Shown in pieces: positions 1 through 9,333 of a stretch of 32,055 nt of DNA. The notes below the pieces were generated by a model. It did not search any database. It was not told where the DNA came from and was given only the letters and a program-made list of their open reading frames with translations. The stretch is from a virus. Its lineage: Duplodnaviria; Heunggongvirae; Uroviricota; Caudoviricetes. Made by a program: the position numbers and the translations under genes. The number at the start of each line of letters is the position of its first letter. The stretch's first letter is position 1. The stretch covers positions 64,001 to 96,055 of the IMG/VR virus record IMGVR_UViG_3300040810_000833, one strand, 5' to 3'.

Positions 1-281
1 GGTAGTGAGCCAATATCTTTACCAGCACATACCAATGGTCTAGTTGCTATAATTTGATCAACCTCTTCCCGCTGCAACATTCTTGCAAAAATACCAGCAC
101 TTATGTAAGATTTTCCAGATCCTGCAGGACCTGTACATATTGTAATCTCGTTATCTAGAATTGAGTCTATGTAGTACTGATGATTCTCCGTTTTAGCTTC
201 GACCGTCCTTACGTCTACCCTTTCTTCTGTTTTTCTTGATCTAGATCTATGTGGGGAACGTTTTTTTCGATGCTGGCTCAT
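1..281 (-). CDS. phoH: PhoH-like ATPase, N-terminal part (runs off window start)
   Basis: Not in ORF track; my translation from ATG at 281 gives MSQHRKKRS...ITICTGPAGSGKSYISAG...IIATRPLVCAGKDIGSLP, with a Walker A motif and the PhoH RP..G..(I/L)G.LP motif. Confidence 0.9.
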   Translation of the reverse strand, partial: MSQHRKKRSPHRSRSRKTEERVDVRTVEAKTENHQYYIDSILDNEITICTGPAGSGKSYISAGIFARMLQREEVDQIIATRPLVCAGKDIGSL

Positions 282-297
282 TATCTCTCTTTTGCTG

Positions 298-969
298 TTA
301 TGTTAGTTTTGTCACGCTTTTCTTTGACCAGAATCTGCAACTCCAGTACCTAGCCTTCCATTTTGGCCCTGGGTTGGTGTCGCATTGATGTCTAGCCCTA
401 AAGCTTTTTCTTCTAGCTGGGTCATCCCTCTTAATATCCATGTTTGGATCTCCAAAGTTGACCTTGACTACGTTATTTTTGTCGTTCTTAACGTAAACGC
501 TGAATTTTTTTGGGCCTTTTGGGGTCCTGAATGGACTATTAAGCTTAACATTTTTACCCTTCTTTTCTTCGCTCTGTGCCTTCTTCCATGAATCTTCTGA
601 TGGCCTCTCTGGATCTCCAGGTTTTGCCGGTCTATACTTTTTGCCTTCTCTCTCTTTTTTCTTTCTTATGTTGTCCCAAAGTCCGTCTTTTGCTATTGTG
701 ACCTCTTCAACCTCTTCCCCGAAATCTAGATATTCTCCCTCTGCTGGAATATACATACTTTCGTAATCAACATCTTCTTCAGAACCAAACGTTTGAAAGT
801 AAAGACTTTCGTCAATTCTACTCAGCATGCTTTCCGCAGAAGCCTGTCTGCTGCATACGGCATAACGCTGGCCGGGGTCTGGATATTCTTGTTTCATATT
901 TTCGTTAGCCATACATGAAGATATAAAGCTACGCTTGTTTTCGTTTGGGTTTGGTTTTGGTAGTGGCAT
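298..969 (-). CDS. Modular hypothetical phage protein, basic C-terminal domain (DUF6321-like)
   Basis: 223 aa; N-terminal MPLPKP..E..FI..CM....EYPD..QR.AVC module and C-terminal KKFSVYVK...VNFGDPNM...RRKSFRARH.C...ARYWSC module, both recurrent in large phages; family name from memory. Confidence 0.6.
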   Translation of the reverse strand: MPLPKPNPNENKRSFISSCMANENMKQEYPDPGQRYAVCSRQASAESMLSRIDESLYFQTFGSEEDVDYESMYIPAEGEYLDFGEEVEEVTIAKDGLWDNIRKKKEREGKKYRPAKPGDPERPSEDSWKKAQSEEKKGKNVKLNSPFRTPKGPKKFSVYVKNDKNNVVKVNFGDPNMDIKRDDPARRKSFRARHQCDTNPGPKWKARYWSCRFWSKKSVTKLT

Positions 970-978
970 TTAGTTCAC

Positions 979-1341
979 CTATAAATCTTCTTCTTTAACA
1001 AATGTACCGTTCATCATCCTACCTTTTCGATCCTTTATATCATTATAAGCTTTATGTAGACATTCCAGCATTGTAATCTCGTTTCTATTCATGATATTTA
1101 TCATAACGACCATCATATCACCAAGGTCGTCACGAATATCACGCCCTTTCGCTATATTGTCACAAAGTTCGCCAAATTCCGAACCAAGCTTTAGGCATTG
1201 TGTTTTGTCGTCACTTCCATCAATTAAGTTTCTGTCGTGATGCCATTTACCAATAAGGCATATCAAGCGATGAATCGAATCTTCTGACGTCTTATCGGTG
1301 TTTTCTTCAGACCACTCTTCTTTTAGTTTTTGTATATTCAT
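979..1341 (-). CDS. MazG-like nucleotide pyrophosphohydrolase
   Basis: KLGSEFGEL...DDLGDMMVV acidic metal-binding helices; AYNDIKDRKG...GTFVKEEDL tail typical of phage MazG-like proteins. Confidence 0.85.
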   Translation of the reverse strand: MNIQKLKEEWSEENTDKTSEDSIHRLICLIGKWHHDRNLIDGSDDKTQCLKLGSEFGELCDNIAKGRDIRDDLGDMMVVMINIMNRNEITMLECLHKAYNDIKDRKGRMMNGTFVKEEDL

Positions 1342-2414
1342 ATATTAAGATCTCCGAATTCCATTGAGTCAACATCACTCACACTAGCTCCTATTTTATA
1401 GGAAGTTACTTCATGCTCCTGTGGAGCAACTTGTACGGACGCACTATTCATCCAAGGCTCGGTCCAACCAGCTATGGGATTTCTATTTCCCCGCTCATAT
1501 GGGAGACCTATTGCTTTCCTTCTTGAGTGACACAAGTAATCAATATACTGATGCATAACAGACTCATTAAGGCCAAGCATTGAACCGTCTTTAAAAAGAT
1601 ATGACGACCATTCTTTTTCTTCAGAGGCTGCAAAATCAAACATTCTACATGCATCTTCTTCGCATTCCTTCACCGTCTCCAAGAAGCCCTCTGATTCTTC
1701 CCTCATAAGGAGCTTTAGTATCTCTTGCGTGTTGTACAGGTGCAGTGCTTCATCTCTTTTGATTAGCTTGACAATGTCTGCATTGCCAACCATTTTCTTG
1801 TTCTCAGCGAACGCAAATGCACAAACGAAACTAACGTAAAATCTGACAGATTCGAGTATGTTAATGCTTATAAGTGTCATGTAAATTTGTCGTCGGATAT
1901 CGTTCTCGTCGGCACCGTCAGGTATTGAAGAAAGCTTGTCATACTCACTGACGCTCGCCAAGGCCCTTTTTAGTATTTCTGGGTCTGTTAAGCATGAATC
2001 AAAAACCTCGGATGGATTGTTATAAACATTCTTGATGATGTAAGTATAGCTGTAGGAATGAATCTGTTCAAAAAACTGCCACGCGTTCATACAGGCCTCA
2101 AGTTCTGGACTTGAGACGTACCTCATAAGAGTTGGGACACCTCTGCATATAACGGAGTCCATCACGGTTTGATACTTTAAGTTCGATGTAAAAATAAACC
2201 GCTCGTTTTCAGACATAAGAGAATCGTTTTTGAAGTCTGCACGGTCTTTCTTTAGCTCTATCTCCTCAGGACGCCAGAAAAACTCTAGCTGTCGTTTGTA
2301 TAGATCAAAGAACACTGGGTGTCTAAATTTATCATATCGCTGTAGCGACAACCCCCGCCCAAGAAATAAAGGCTGGTCCGTGTGGTCAAATGGATTGATA
2401 TTCAATATTGTCAT
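1338..2414 (-). CDS. nrdB: Ribonucleotide reductase class Ia beta subunit
   Basis: FFWRPEE, EQIHSYSY, ESVRFY and RDEALH diiron/tyrosyl-radical motifs; adjacent to nrdA. Confidence 0.97.
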   Translation of the reverse strand: MTILNINPFDHTDQPLFLGRGLSLQRYDKFRHPVFFDLYKRQLEFFWRPEEIELKKDRADFKNDSLMSENERFIFTSNLKYQTVMDSVICRGVPTLMRYVSSPELEACMNAWQFFEQIHSYSYTYIIKNVYNNPSEVFDSCLTDPEILKRALASVSEYDKLSSIPDGADENDIRRQIYMTLISINILESVRFYVSFVCAFAFAENKKMVGNADIVKLIKRDEALHLYNTQEILKLLMREESEGFLETVKECEEDACRMFDFAASEEKEWSSYLFKDGSMLGLNESVMHQYIDYLCHSRRKAIGLPYERGNRNPIAGWTEPWMNSASVQVAPQEHEVTSYKIGASVSDVDSMEFGDLNI

Positions 2415-2444
2415 ATTTCACCCCTTCAAATATAATGACTTAAC

Positions 2445-4667
2445 CTAGATTGAGCAAGCACCGCTCTCACAATCGCTTTTTTCTGTTTTACCGTCTCCGT
2501 CAGGACTGTTACAGTAATACAGATTTTTGATTCCAAGCTTGTAAGAAAGAACTTGGTCTCTAATTATAGCACTGAGTGGAACTCTACCATCCTCATAATT
2601 TTCGTAATTGTAGTAGAGGTTCAAGCTTATACTCATATCAACAAATTTCTGTAGCACAGCAGCAATATTAATCAGGCCTGCATTACTAGCCATAGAAAAC
2701 GCGGCTGTGTAATATTTTCTTCTATTTGCAAAGTTTGGCACCAACTGTTTAAGATTTCCATTCTTTGCTTTTTTCCATGACAGCAGATTTCTTACAGGCT
2801 CAATTCCGTTTGTTGAGTTTTGGATGACCGAGCTGCTCTCGCAAGGCATTATAGCTGAAACGGTCGAGTGCCTAAGTCCGAATTCTGCAATTTTTTCCCT
2901 CAAGCCCTCCCAATCCATTGAGTATTCCGGAGCGACAATATCGTCAACTGTACGCTTGTACCAATCTATAGGAAGAAGCCCTTGGGCATATTTTGTTTCA
3001 TCAAACTTTGGGCATCTGCCTTTTTCTCTAGCTAGTTCACATGACTCATTCAAAAGATTCCATTGAATCCTTTCCATGATTCCGTGAACAAACGCTGGGG
3101 CACTAGGGTCCTCGTAGGAGAGTTTTTGCTTCGCTAAAAGGCCAGCTAGGTTGGTGATGCCAATCCCGAGAGACCTTCTGTTCTTTGTGAAGTTTTCCCC
3201 TGCTTTTACTGGGTATTCCTGATAATCAATAACCGAGTCAAGCGACCTTACTGCTATTCTGCATGCAGTTTGTATCTCTTCGTCACTGACAGCCTCAAGT
3301 AGGTTTATTGCAGAGAGCATACAAATCCCAATCTCACCATTCTCGTCGTCAATAGACGTGATCGGGGTTGTTGGGTGAATTATTTCTTGGCACAAGTTTG
3401 ACATATAGACGGGGACTGACCACGATCCGTGCTGATTTGCCGTGTCAACATTCATGCTATAAATTCTTGCTGTCTCTAACCTTTCCTTTGCGTAAATACC
3501 AGCCAGCTTTCTTGCTGCTATTTTCTTCTTCATCTTTATTGTGCTTGATTTTTCATACTTCTCGTATAGACGCTCAAACTCTTCGTTATCATGAAACGCC
3601 TCGTAAAGACCTTTCGCTTCATTTGGGCTGAACAGAGTTATATCGCCTCCGTTTACAAGCCTTGAATAGAACAACCTATTGAACTGAATTGAGTAGTCTA
3701 ATTTTCTAACCCTGTTGTCATCTGTACCAGCATTGTTTTTAAGCATGAGGACGTCATCGATTTCATAATGCCAGAATGGAAAATGCACAGTTGCACCACC
3801 GCCACGAATGCCATTCTGAGTTGTCGACTTCGCTGTGGACTCAAATACTTTGAGGTACGGAATTACCCCAGTATGAATTACCTCACCACCCCTAATGGCA
3901 GAGTTTATTGGCCGGATTCGTCCAAAATTCAACCCGATCCCTGCACGTTTAGAGGTGTATCTGCCAACCGCATGATTTGACGAAAAGATACTGTCGAGGT
4001 CATCACCAACGTCGACCAAAACACAGGACGCAAACTGTCTTGTGGTTGTTCTCACCCCCGCCATTATTGGTGTTGGTAGATTTACCATAAATGTAGAATA
4101 CGCATCATAGGCGGATTTTACAGACTCGACAGTGTCAAACAGGTACATAGCAATTAAGATGTATGCAAATTGTGGCGTTTCGTATATTTGCCCAGTACGC
4201 CTGTTTTTAACCAAGTACTTGTCAACAAGCTGTTGTAGACCAGCGTATGTATACAGATTATCACGACCGTGATCAATCATCGACTCGATTTTTTTTATAT
4301 CATCTTCGGACCATTTATCCAATATTGATCCGTCGTATATTCCGTTGTCAACTCTTATCTGTAAAAAATGCAGAAAATCAGGAGGGGTGTTAGATCCCCA
4401 AACCATTTTTCTCAAGCTCATGCTCAGTAATCTGGCGGCTACATATTGATAGTTTGGTGCTGATTCTGATATTAAGTTACTTGCGGATCGGATTAGGTTG
4501 TTGTGTATGTCTTCTGTTTTCAAACCGTTAGATATTGACAGAGAAGCATTCATCTCAATATCCGAGAATGATACGCCATTTATGCCCTCGGTTGCCCACT
4601 CAAGAACCTTGTGAATCTTTTCAACATCGTAAGATTCAAATTCACCACTTCTTTTCTGAACCCGCAT
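2445..4667 (-). CDS. nrdA: Ribonucleotide reductase class Ia alpha subunit with N-terminal ATP cone
   Basis: VQKRSG ATP-cone start, PTPIMAG, SCVL, NLCQEI catalytic motif, C-terminal CESGAC; ATG at 4667 follows a GAAAGG RBS (track start is GTG 4676); uninterrupted. Confidence 0.97.
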   Translation of the reverse strand: MRVQKRSGEFESYDVEKIHKVLEWATEGINGVSFSDIEMNASLSISNGLKTEDIHNNLIRSASNLISESAPNYQYVAARLLSMSLRKMVWGSNTPPDFLHFLQIRVDNGIYDGSILDKWSEDDIKKIESMIDHGRDNLYTYAGLQQLVDKYLVKNRRTGQIYETPQFAYILIAMYLFDTVESVKSAYDAYSTFMVNLPTPIMAGVRTTTRQFASCVLVDVGDDLDSIFSSNHAVGRYTSKRAGIGLNFGRIRPINSAIRGGEVIHTGVIPYLKVFESTAKSTTQNGIRGGGATVHFPFWHYEIDDVLMLKNNAGTDDNRVRKLDYSIQFNRLFYSRLVNGGDITLFSPNEAKGLYEAFHDNEEFERLYEKYEKSSTIKMKKKIAARKLAGIYAKERLETARIYSMNVDTANQHGSWSVPVYMSNLCQEIIHPTTPITSIDDENGEIGICMLSAINLLEAVSDEEIQTACRIAVRSLDSVIDYQEYPVKAGENFTKNRRSLGIGITNLAGLLAKQKLSYEDPSAPAFVHGIMERIQWNLLNESCELAREKGRCPKFDETKYAQGLLPIDWYKRTVDDIVAPEYSMDWEGLREKIAEFGLRHSTVSAIMPCESSSVIQNSTNGIEPVRNLLSWKKAKNGNLKQLVPNFANRRKYYTAAFSMASNAGLINIAAVLQKFVDMSISLNLYYNYENYEDGRVPLSAIIRDQVLSYKLGIKNLYYCNSPDGDGKTEKSDCESGACSI

Positions 4668-4686
4668 CGTTAACACCTTTCAAGAT

Positions 4687-4713
4687 AAAAAAAGCCAGCA
4701 TATACATACTGGC
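4687..4713 (-). terminator. Rho-independent terminator just upstream of nrdA
   Basis: Minus strand GCCAGTAT-GTAT-ATGCTGGC followed by T7. Confidence 0.75.
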
Positions 4714-4731
4714 ATATATCAAAACGTTTGT

Positions 4732-5025
4732 CTATCGCAGTTGACTATATGAAAAAGCAATATCTGGGAAATTTTCTATTTCCAAAACACCCCCAGTTTT
4801 TGATAAATGAATGCCGCCTAGTGATAGGGATAATCTAATAAACTTCCTGACAGTCACTTTTGGTTTTGTGCCCTCGAATTTTATTTTAATACCATCGTTC
4901 AAGTTTTCTATTTTAATGCTCAGTGGGGTAGGGCATTTTATCTCGAACGACCCAGATGAAAACCCATTTTTTGAGAATATTTGTTGAGCGATCGCAAAAT
5001 AATCACTGGGCTGCATTGAATTCAT
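4732..5025 (-). CDS. Hypothetical protein
   Basis: 97-aa ORF overlapping the upstream gene end in a co-directional operon. Confidence 0.65.
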   Translation of the reverse strand: MNSMQPSDYFAIAQQIFSKNGFSSGSFEIKCPTPLSIKIENLNDGIKIKFEGTKPKVTVRKFIRLSLSLGGIHLSKTGGVLEIENFPDIAFSYSQLR

Positions 5026-5701
5026 CCAGTAGTCTCTTGCTCATACCTTGATAGTATCCACTGATCCTATATTTTTCTATTTTCTTGGAGTCTAGCACAA
5101 CTAGGCATGGAATTCCTTTGCTGCCTTTTTTGTATGTTTTCCACATGTCTGTGTGCTTATCCACATCCACTATTTCAATGTCATCAACAACACCATCATC
5201 AACTTCGCCGGAAGTTAGGCCAGCGTCTATCAGCTTTGGTAGCTCAAGAGACTTAAAAAGTCGACAAGGGTTGCACCAAGAGGCGGTAAAGTAAAGGATG
5301 GTTTTCCTTGATTCTGTCTGAGAGTTTATGTCTTGATCCACTTTTTTTTTAACCTCATCCGTTTCTATAGAATCTTCCGGGTATGTAGATTTATCTGGCT
5401 CCCAAGTGTTTTGGGTTGTCACGCATTCACATTTGCCGCTAGATGAATTGAGGCACTGGCATGGCGTTTTATGTCCGTCGCCATGGACAATTACCTTACT
5501 GCCATTGCAATCACACTCGCTAATGACTTCATCGTCCGTGTCGTCAACCTGACGATCCTCGTTGGCAATAAAGGCGGAATACCCCTCACTTCTGTTTATG
5601 TCGATAGATATCTCGTTTTTCTCCGAACCGAGGCTTATCTCTGGGATCGGCAGAAAACTAACAAGAAAAAACAGCAATACTATTATCGTACTCTTATTCA
5701 T
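5003..5701 (-). CDS. Exported thioredoxin-domain protein
   Basis: N-terminal signal-like hydrophobic segment, Cys-rich middle (CDC..CQC..CEC), C-terminal YFTASWCNPC and GIPCLVVLD (cis-Pro) thioredoxin motifs. Confidence 0.8.
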   Translation of the reverse strand: MNKSTIIVLLFFLVSFLPIPEISLGSEKNEISIDINRSEGYSAFIANEDRQVDDTDDEVISECDCNGSKVIVHGDGHKTPCQCLNSSSGKCECVTTQNTWEPDKSTYPEDSIETDEVKKKVDQDINSQTESRKTILYFTASWCNPCRLFKSLELPKLIDAGLTSGEVDDGVVDDIEIVDVDKHTDMWKTYKKGSKGIPCLVVLDSKKIEKYRISGYYQGMSKRLLDEFNAAQ

Positions 5702-6609
5702 TAGATAATCCTCGTGTTAATCTTTTGCGGTTTAAAGCCCTCATAACCGCTTATGGCCCAGCAGTCGCCAACTCTCAATATGTATCTTTCGAGAATGTCA
5801 GCGTCTATCCAAAAGCTGCCATCAGGTTGGTCATGACGCTTATTCCCAGCATTCCATCGGCCCCAGCTATTGGCACAGCAAACACCAGGTCTTCTATAGG
5901 CATCATCTATTCCACATAGCCACATTTGGTGATACCAAGTGCCGTACCGTCTTGCGAAGCCCTCCCTATCTCTCTTTGAGGAGAATCCTTGGCTACTGGC
6001 AATTGTTACAGCGTACCCATTAGCAATCAAGTCCCTAACTTCTTCGTAGGTTTTTACCTGAGATATTATTCCTACCGGATGTGACTTCGCGGAATCAACA
6101 AATTCTTGTGGCAGCTTGAAGCCCTTATTACCCCATTTTCTCGCACGTTCTCCACTATACTTAGACAGGTCTATTGAGCCGTACACGCCACGGGGAAGAC
6201 AGCCGTACTGACTAATATACTTAGCCGCCCATACTCCGAGAGATCCATCCCTATTACCAAGCCGCCCCTGACCTATCACATTTCTGCTACCCCAGTAGAT
6301 ATCCTCAGTGGAGGTTTCATTGACCCATAATTCATCCTCTTTTTTTAGGTAGATGTCTACGCACTTAATTGCATCTACCGCACCTGCGGCACCAAAAGCG
6401 ACACAATCGCCTATTTTCTGTTTTCTGTATGGGAAATCTCCAGCCACACGACGGATTATGTCATAAAGAAGAACTATTTTCCCCTTACCGCTTCCCTTTA
6501 TTTGACTATGGACGTCCGAGAATACGGGGTGTGGTAAATCACCCATCGCATGCTCTACTCCACGAGGATCATCCACCCACCCGAAAAGGTCAGAGTACTT
6601 ACTTTTCAT
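5701..6609 (-). CDS. Papain-like (C1 family) cysteine peptidase
   Basis: Q..GDCVAFG (catalytic Cys), WYHQM (His), ANSWG (Asn), G.FWI. Confidence 0.8.
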   Translation of the reverse strand: MKSKYSDLFGWVDDPRGVEHAMGDLPHPVFSDVHSQIKGSGKGKIVLLYDIIRRVAGDFPYRKQKIGDCVAFGAAGAVDAIKCVDIYLKKEDELWVNETSTEDIYWGSRNVIGQGRLGNRDGSLGVWAAKYISQYGCLPRGVYGSIDLSKYSGERARKWGNKGFKLPQEFVDSAKSHPVGIISQVKTYEEVRDLIANGYAVTIASSQGFSSKRDREGFARRYGTWYHQMWLCGIDDAYRRPGVCCANSWGRWNAGNKRHDQPDGSFWIDADILERYILRVGDCWAISGYEGFKPQKINTRII

Positions 6610-7069
6610 ATCTTGTAGCCTCGGCTAAGTTAGAAAAGATTTTATAGAACCGCTCTCTATTCTCTTCGTTATCCAAGTCCATTGGTTCATCGTAGCCGAC
6701 ATCAATAAGGTATTCAGAAACAGCGTCCGTAAAAGATGGATATCTCTCCCTGTTCCATCCATACGATGACTGCACCTTACCAAGAATTGGATCAAATTGT
6801 GTTGTGGATTCAAGCGTTTGGCAGTTTTTAATATACTCGGCAGAACCAGAAAATAGTACGCATATCAATCGTCGTTCGCTAGGAGAATCAATATTCATAA
6901 ACTCTTCTGATATTTTTGAAAGGAGTTCTGATTGACTAACCGCACCAACAACTGCATTATTTAATTCTTCCGAGTTTTGGTCTCCGTCTGTCAAATTTTT
7001 CAATGTCAGTGGAGAGGGGACAATCCAAATTAGTAATCCGCACATTAGAAGAATAAAATTATTTCTCAT
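6599..7069 (-). CDS. Hypothetical exported/membrane-anchored protein
   Basis: 156 aa, hydrophobic N-terminus, overlaps both neighbours. Confidence 0.65.
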   Translation of the reverse strand: MRNNFILLMCGLLIWIVPSPLTLKNLTDGDQNSEELNNAVVGAVSQSELLSKISEEFMNIDSPSERRLICVLFSGSAEYIKNCQTLESTTQFDPILGKVQSSYGWNRERYPSFTDAVSEYLIDVGYDEPMDLDNEENRERFYKIFSNLAEATRYEK

Positions 7070-7470
7070 TGCACCACCTCCTTGGAGGGCGATTCATTCA
7101 CAGGCAAATACTTTTCAATCTCTTTGATTGGTTCATTGAAAAGAATTGTATTAATCTGCGATACCAGCCTTGCACCCTCTAGATTTCCACGCTTAATCAT
7201 TACACTTCTGAGGTGAAGCAAGTGATCATAGTCTATTTTTGAGCATTTTGAATCGTTCGTACCCGTCTGGATATCTACTCCTGCTTTATTCCCCATGTCG
7301 GTAAAAAATCTAGAAATGGCTGGAAAAACCAAGACTAACCCGCCGATACCAGATAATCCCATCTGGATATACCATCGAACCGTGTATTCAAACATATCAA
7401 CAGAAACTGCTTGAAATCCATTCCAAACAAAAAATAGCAGGAGAAACATTCCCGCAGTCGTGTCAAACAT
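7066..7470 (-). CDS. Hypothetical membrane protein
   Basis: Two hydrophobic N-terminal segments; ATG 7470 follows an AAGGA RBS (track start 7503 lies in a hairpin). Confidence 0.6.
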   Translation of the reverse strand: MFDTTAGMFLLLFFVWNGFQAVSVDMFEYTVRWYIQMGLSGIGGLVLVFPAISRFFTDMGNKAGVDIQTGTNDSKCSKIDYDHLLHLRSVMIKRGNLEGARLVSQINTILFNEPIKEIEKYLPVNESPSKEVVQ

Positions 7471-7501
7471 ATCGTTGTCCTTAAAAATTACTATAGACAG
7501 C

Positions 7502-7530
7502 ATTAAGGCCCGCTTTAAGCAGGCCTTAAT
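7502..7530. terminator. Strong intergenic hairpin (terminator or processing site)
   Basis: Minus strand ATTAAGGCCTGC-TTAAA-GCGGGCCTTAAT, 12-bp stem; no clear U-tract. Confidence 0.5.
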
Positions 7531-7550
7531 TTAGTGATTCAACAGTTAAA

Positions 7551-7757
7551 TCACTTCGTGTTGTCTTTTGTCCACTTTAGTGCGGCATCGATCACGAAAC
7601 CAACAACAGGAACGACGAGTGCCGTTGCTGGACCAAGATCTAGCCCTCCAATGTTTTGCCCAGCGTATGTCAGGCCAGCCGCAAGCCCAACAAGTGCAGA
7701 TGTTTTAGCTAGCTGAACGAGGTCGGCTACGTCTAGTTTAAATCTACCAGATCCCAT
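7551..7757 (-). CDS. Small two-TM membrane protein (holin-like)
   Basis: 68 aa, two hydrophobic helices, basic C-terminus; holin role is inference. Confidence 0.5.
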   Translation of the reverse strand: MGSGRFKLDVADLVQLAKTSALVGLAAGLTYAGQNIGGLDLGPATALVVPVVGFVIDAALKWTKDNTK

Positions 7758-8281
7758 TAGATTACTCCCATTACTGTGATTGAATAAGAAGCGTTGCCAG
7801 AAGTAGAGCCAGATGTGGTGGCAACGTTGTGAATGTGAATTTTACTGTTCGTCGATACATCTATCCCCGAGTATGGATCATTTACCACAAACGATGAATA
7901 GGGCTTTATTAGTAGATTTCCGCTGCCTCCATTGAAGATATCTACCGCCGCATTTGTTCCGGTCGCCATGACGCTTATATCAATTCCTTCATCCGTAGAA
8001 GTGTTTGATATCAAAACGCTCTTAACTGAATTGTAAGCCACTGTCCCGCTAAGGCCAATGCTTGAGAAAGGATATAAAGAAAAGTCTATTTCTATATTTG
8101 CTCCGCTATTTACAACACCCGTGTTTCTGACTATGGAATTAACCTGAAAGTTTCCAGTTCCATACGTGTACTCACACTTCCTTTCTGTGCTGTCAGAGTC
8201 CGTTATCGATTTACCGCCATCAGTGTCGGAAAACGAGTACTTGATTGAAGACGCTGATTTTGCAGAGATCGATTTAGCCAT
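7757..8281 (-). CDS. Hypothetical, probably virion structural protein
   Basis: 174 aa, Ser/Thr/Gly/Asn-rich beta-type composition. Confidence 0.55.
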   Translation of the reverse strand: MAKSISAKSASSIKYSFSDTDGGKSITDSDSTERKCEYTYGTGNFQVNSIVRNTGVVNSGANIEIDFSLYPFSSIGLSGTVAYNSVKSVLISNTSTDEGIDISVMATGTNAAVDIFNGGSGNLLIKPYSSFVVNDPYSGIDVSTNSKIHIHNVATTSGSTSGNASYSITVMGVI

Positions 8282-8607
8282 TAGTATTCTTCCTTACTGT
8301 TCTTAACGCACGAGACTTCTTGTATTACATCCCTTAGAGATGTTAAAGCGGTTGATATTTCCCTGTCCCTTCTTGTTATTTCGCTACGCCAAGACTCGTC
8401 TCTTCTGTTTACATCCCGCTTCCACTCTTCACGCTCTTCCCTGTGCATGTTATGAAATTCACCCATAGCTCGCTGAAAAGAGTCGACCCTGTTTGATTCC
8501 TTTTTGTTTCCTGAATAGATCACATAAGCCATAAGTGACATAAGACCAGAAACAACTAGACCAGCCAAACCAAGTTCAGTCGTGAAGAAATTGGATAACA
8601 TAATCAA
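8281..8607 (-). CDS. Single-TM protein with charged coiled coil (holin-like)
   Basis: N-terminal TM followed by Arg/Glu-rich helix. Confidence 0.5.
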   Translation of the reverse strand: MIMLSNFFTTELGLAGLVVSGLMSLMAYVIYSGNKKESNRVDSFQRAMGEFHNMHREEREEWKRDVNRRDESWRSEITRRDREISTALTSLRDVIQEVSCVKNSKEEY

Positions 8608-8622
8608 CCCCCATTTGAAAAT

Positions 8623-8647
8623 GGCACGCCGCTATTAACGGCGTGTC
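8623..8647 (-). terminator. Intergenic hairpin, terminator-like
   Basis: GACACGCCG-TTAATAG-CGGCGTGCC then ATTTT, just after the stop of the 8660-9259 gene. Confidence 0.5.
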
Positions 8648-8659
8648 TATGTGGATTTG

Positions 8660-9259
8660 TCAAGTATTAGCAGGATAATCTAGTTGCTTAGGATCAATCG
8701 CACCATACATAAACGTTAGCTCACCAGGTATTGTTCTGTATGTCACGAATTGACACTGATCACTAGCTGCTACGGCGTTGTTGGTCGTAGAGACGTAATC
8801 GCCATTTCCACTAGAGGGTGGTGTACTCCAACTTGTTCTCTGCCCAGAAATACCAGTATTTCTGAAATATCCAGCTCTATAAGCAGTTCCAAATAGAGAC
8901 CCTTTGGACTTATTAGAGATTGCTGTTTTTGGTCTATTGACAGTCGTTCCGTTGATCAGAATTGCTGTGTTTGCAATATTGTTGATCTTCGTAGCAACGC
9001 CTCTAACAATAAACTGAGATTGTTCATAAGCAAATGTACCTGCGGTGTCTGCTTTTGTTGTGCTAAATGCGTGTGCTGTACCAGACACTTCTTGTACTGT
9101 AGACCTTCTAACTCCATCAACTGAATTGTCGGCAAGGTTAAAAGTTTGTGTGATTGGCCCATTTGTGGTGTCAGTGACTGATGTAATACCAATCATTGTA
9201 CCACCGTCTCGTTTTTCTACGGGGGATGCATTACTGCCTGTTGTGCCATAAATTGCCAT
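8660..9259 (-). CDS. Hypothetical, probably virion structural protein
   Basis: 199 aa, Thr/Gly/Ser/Ala-rich; GGAG RBS. Confidence 0.6.
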   Translation of the reverse strand: MAIYGTTGSNASPVEKRDGGTMIGITSVTDTTNGPITQTFNLADNSVDGVRRSTVQEVSGTAHAFSTTKADTAGTFAYEQSQFIVRGVATKINNIANTAILINGTTVNRPKTAISNKSKGSLFGTAYRAGYFRNTGISGQRTSWSTPPSSGNGDYVSTTNNAVAASDQCQFVTYRTIPGELTFMYGAIDPKQLDYPANT

Positions 9260-9333
9260 ACTTATGCTCCGAAAGCATTTATTTCCTATTGGTCCATAAA
9301 AATTTCAGTCCATTTCCAGTCATTTATACGCCA

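Noticed and set aside
1338-4667. Group I introns or inteins in nrdA/nrdB
   Set aside because: Both ORFs are continuous, of normal length, with motifs in the expected order
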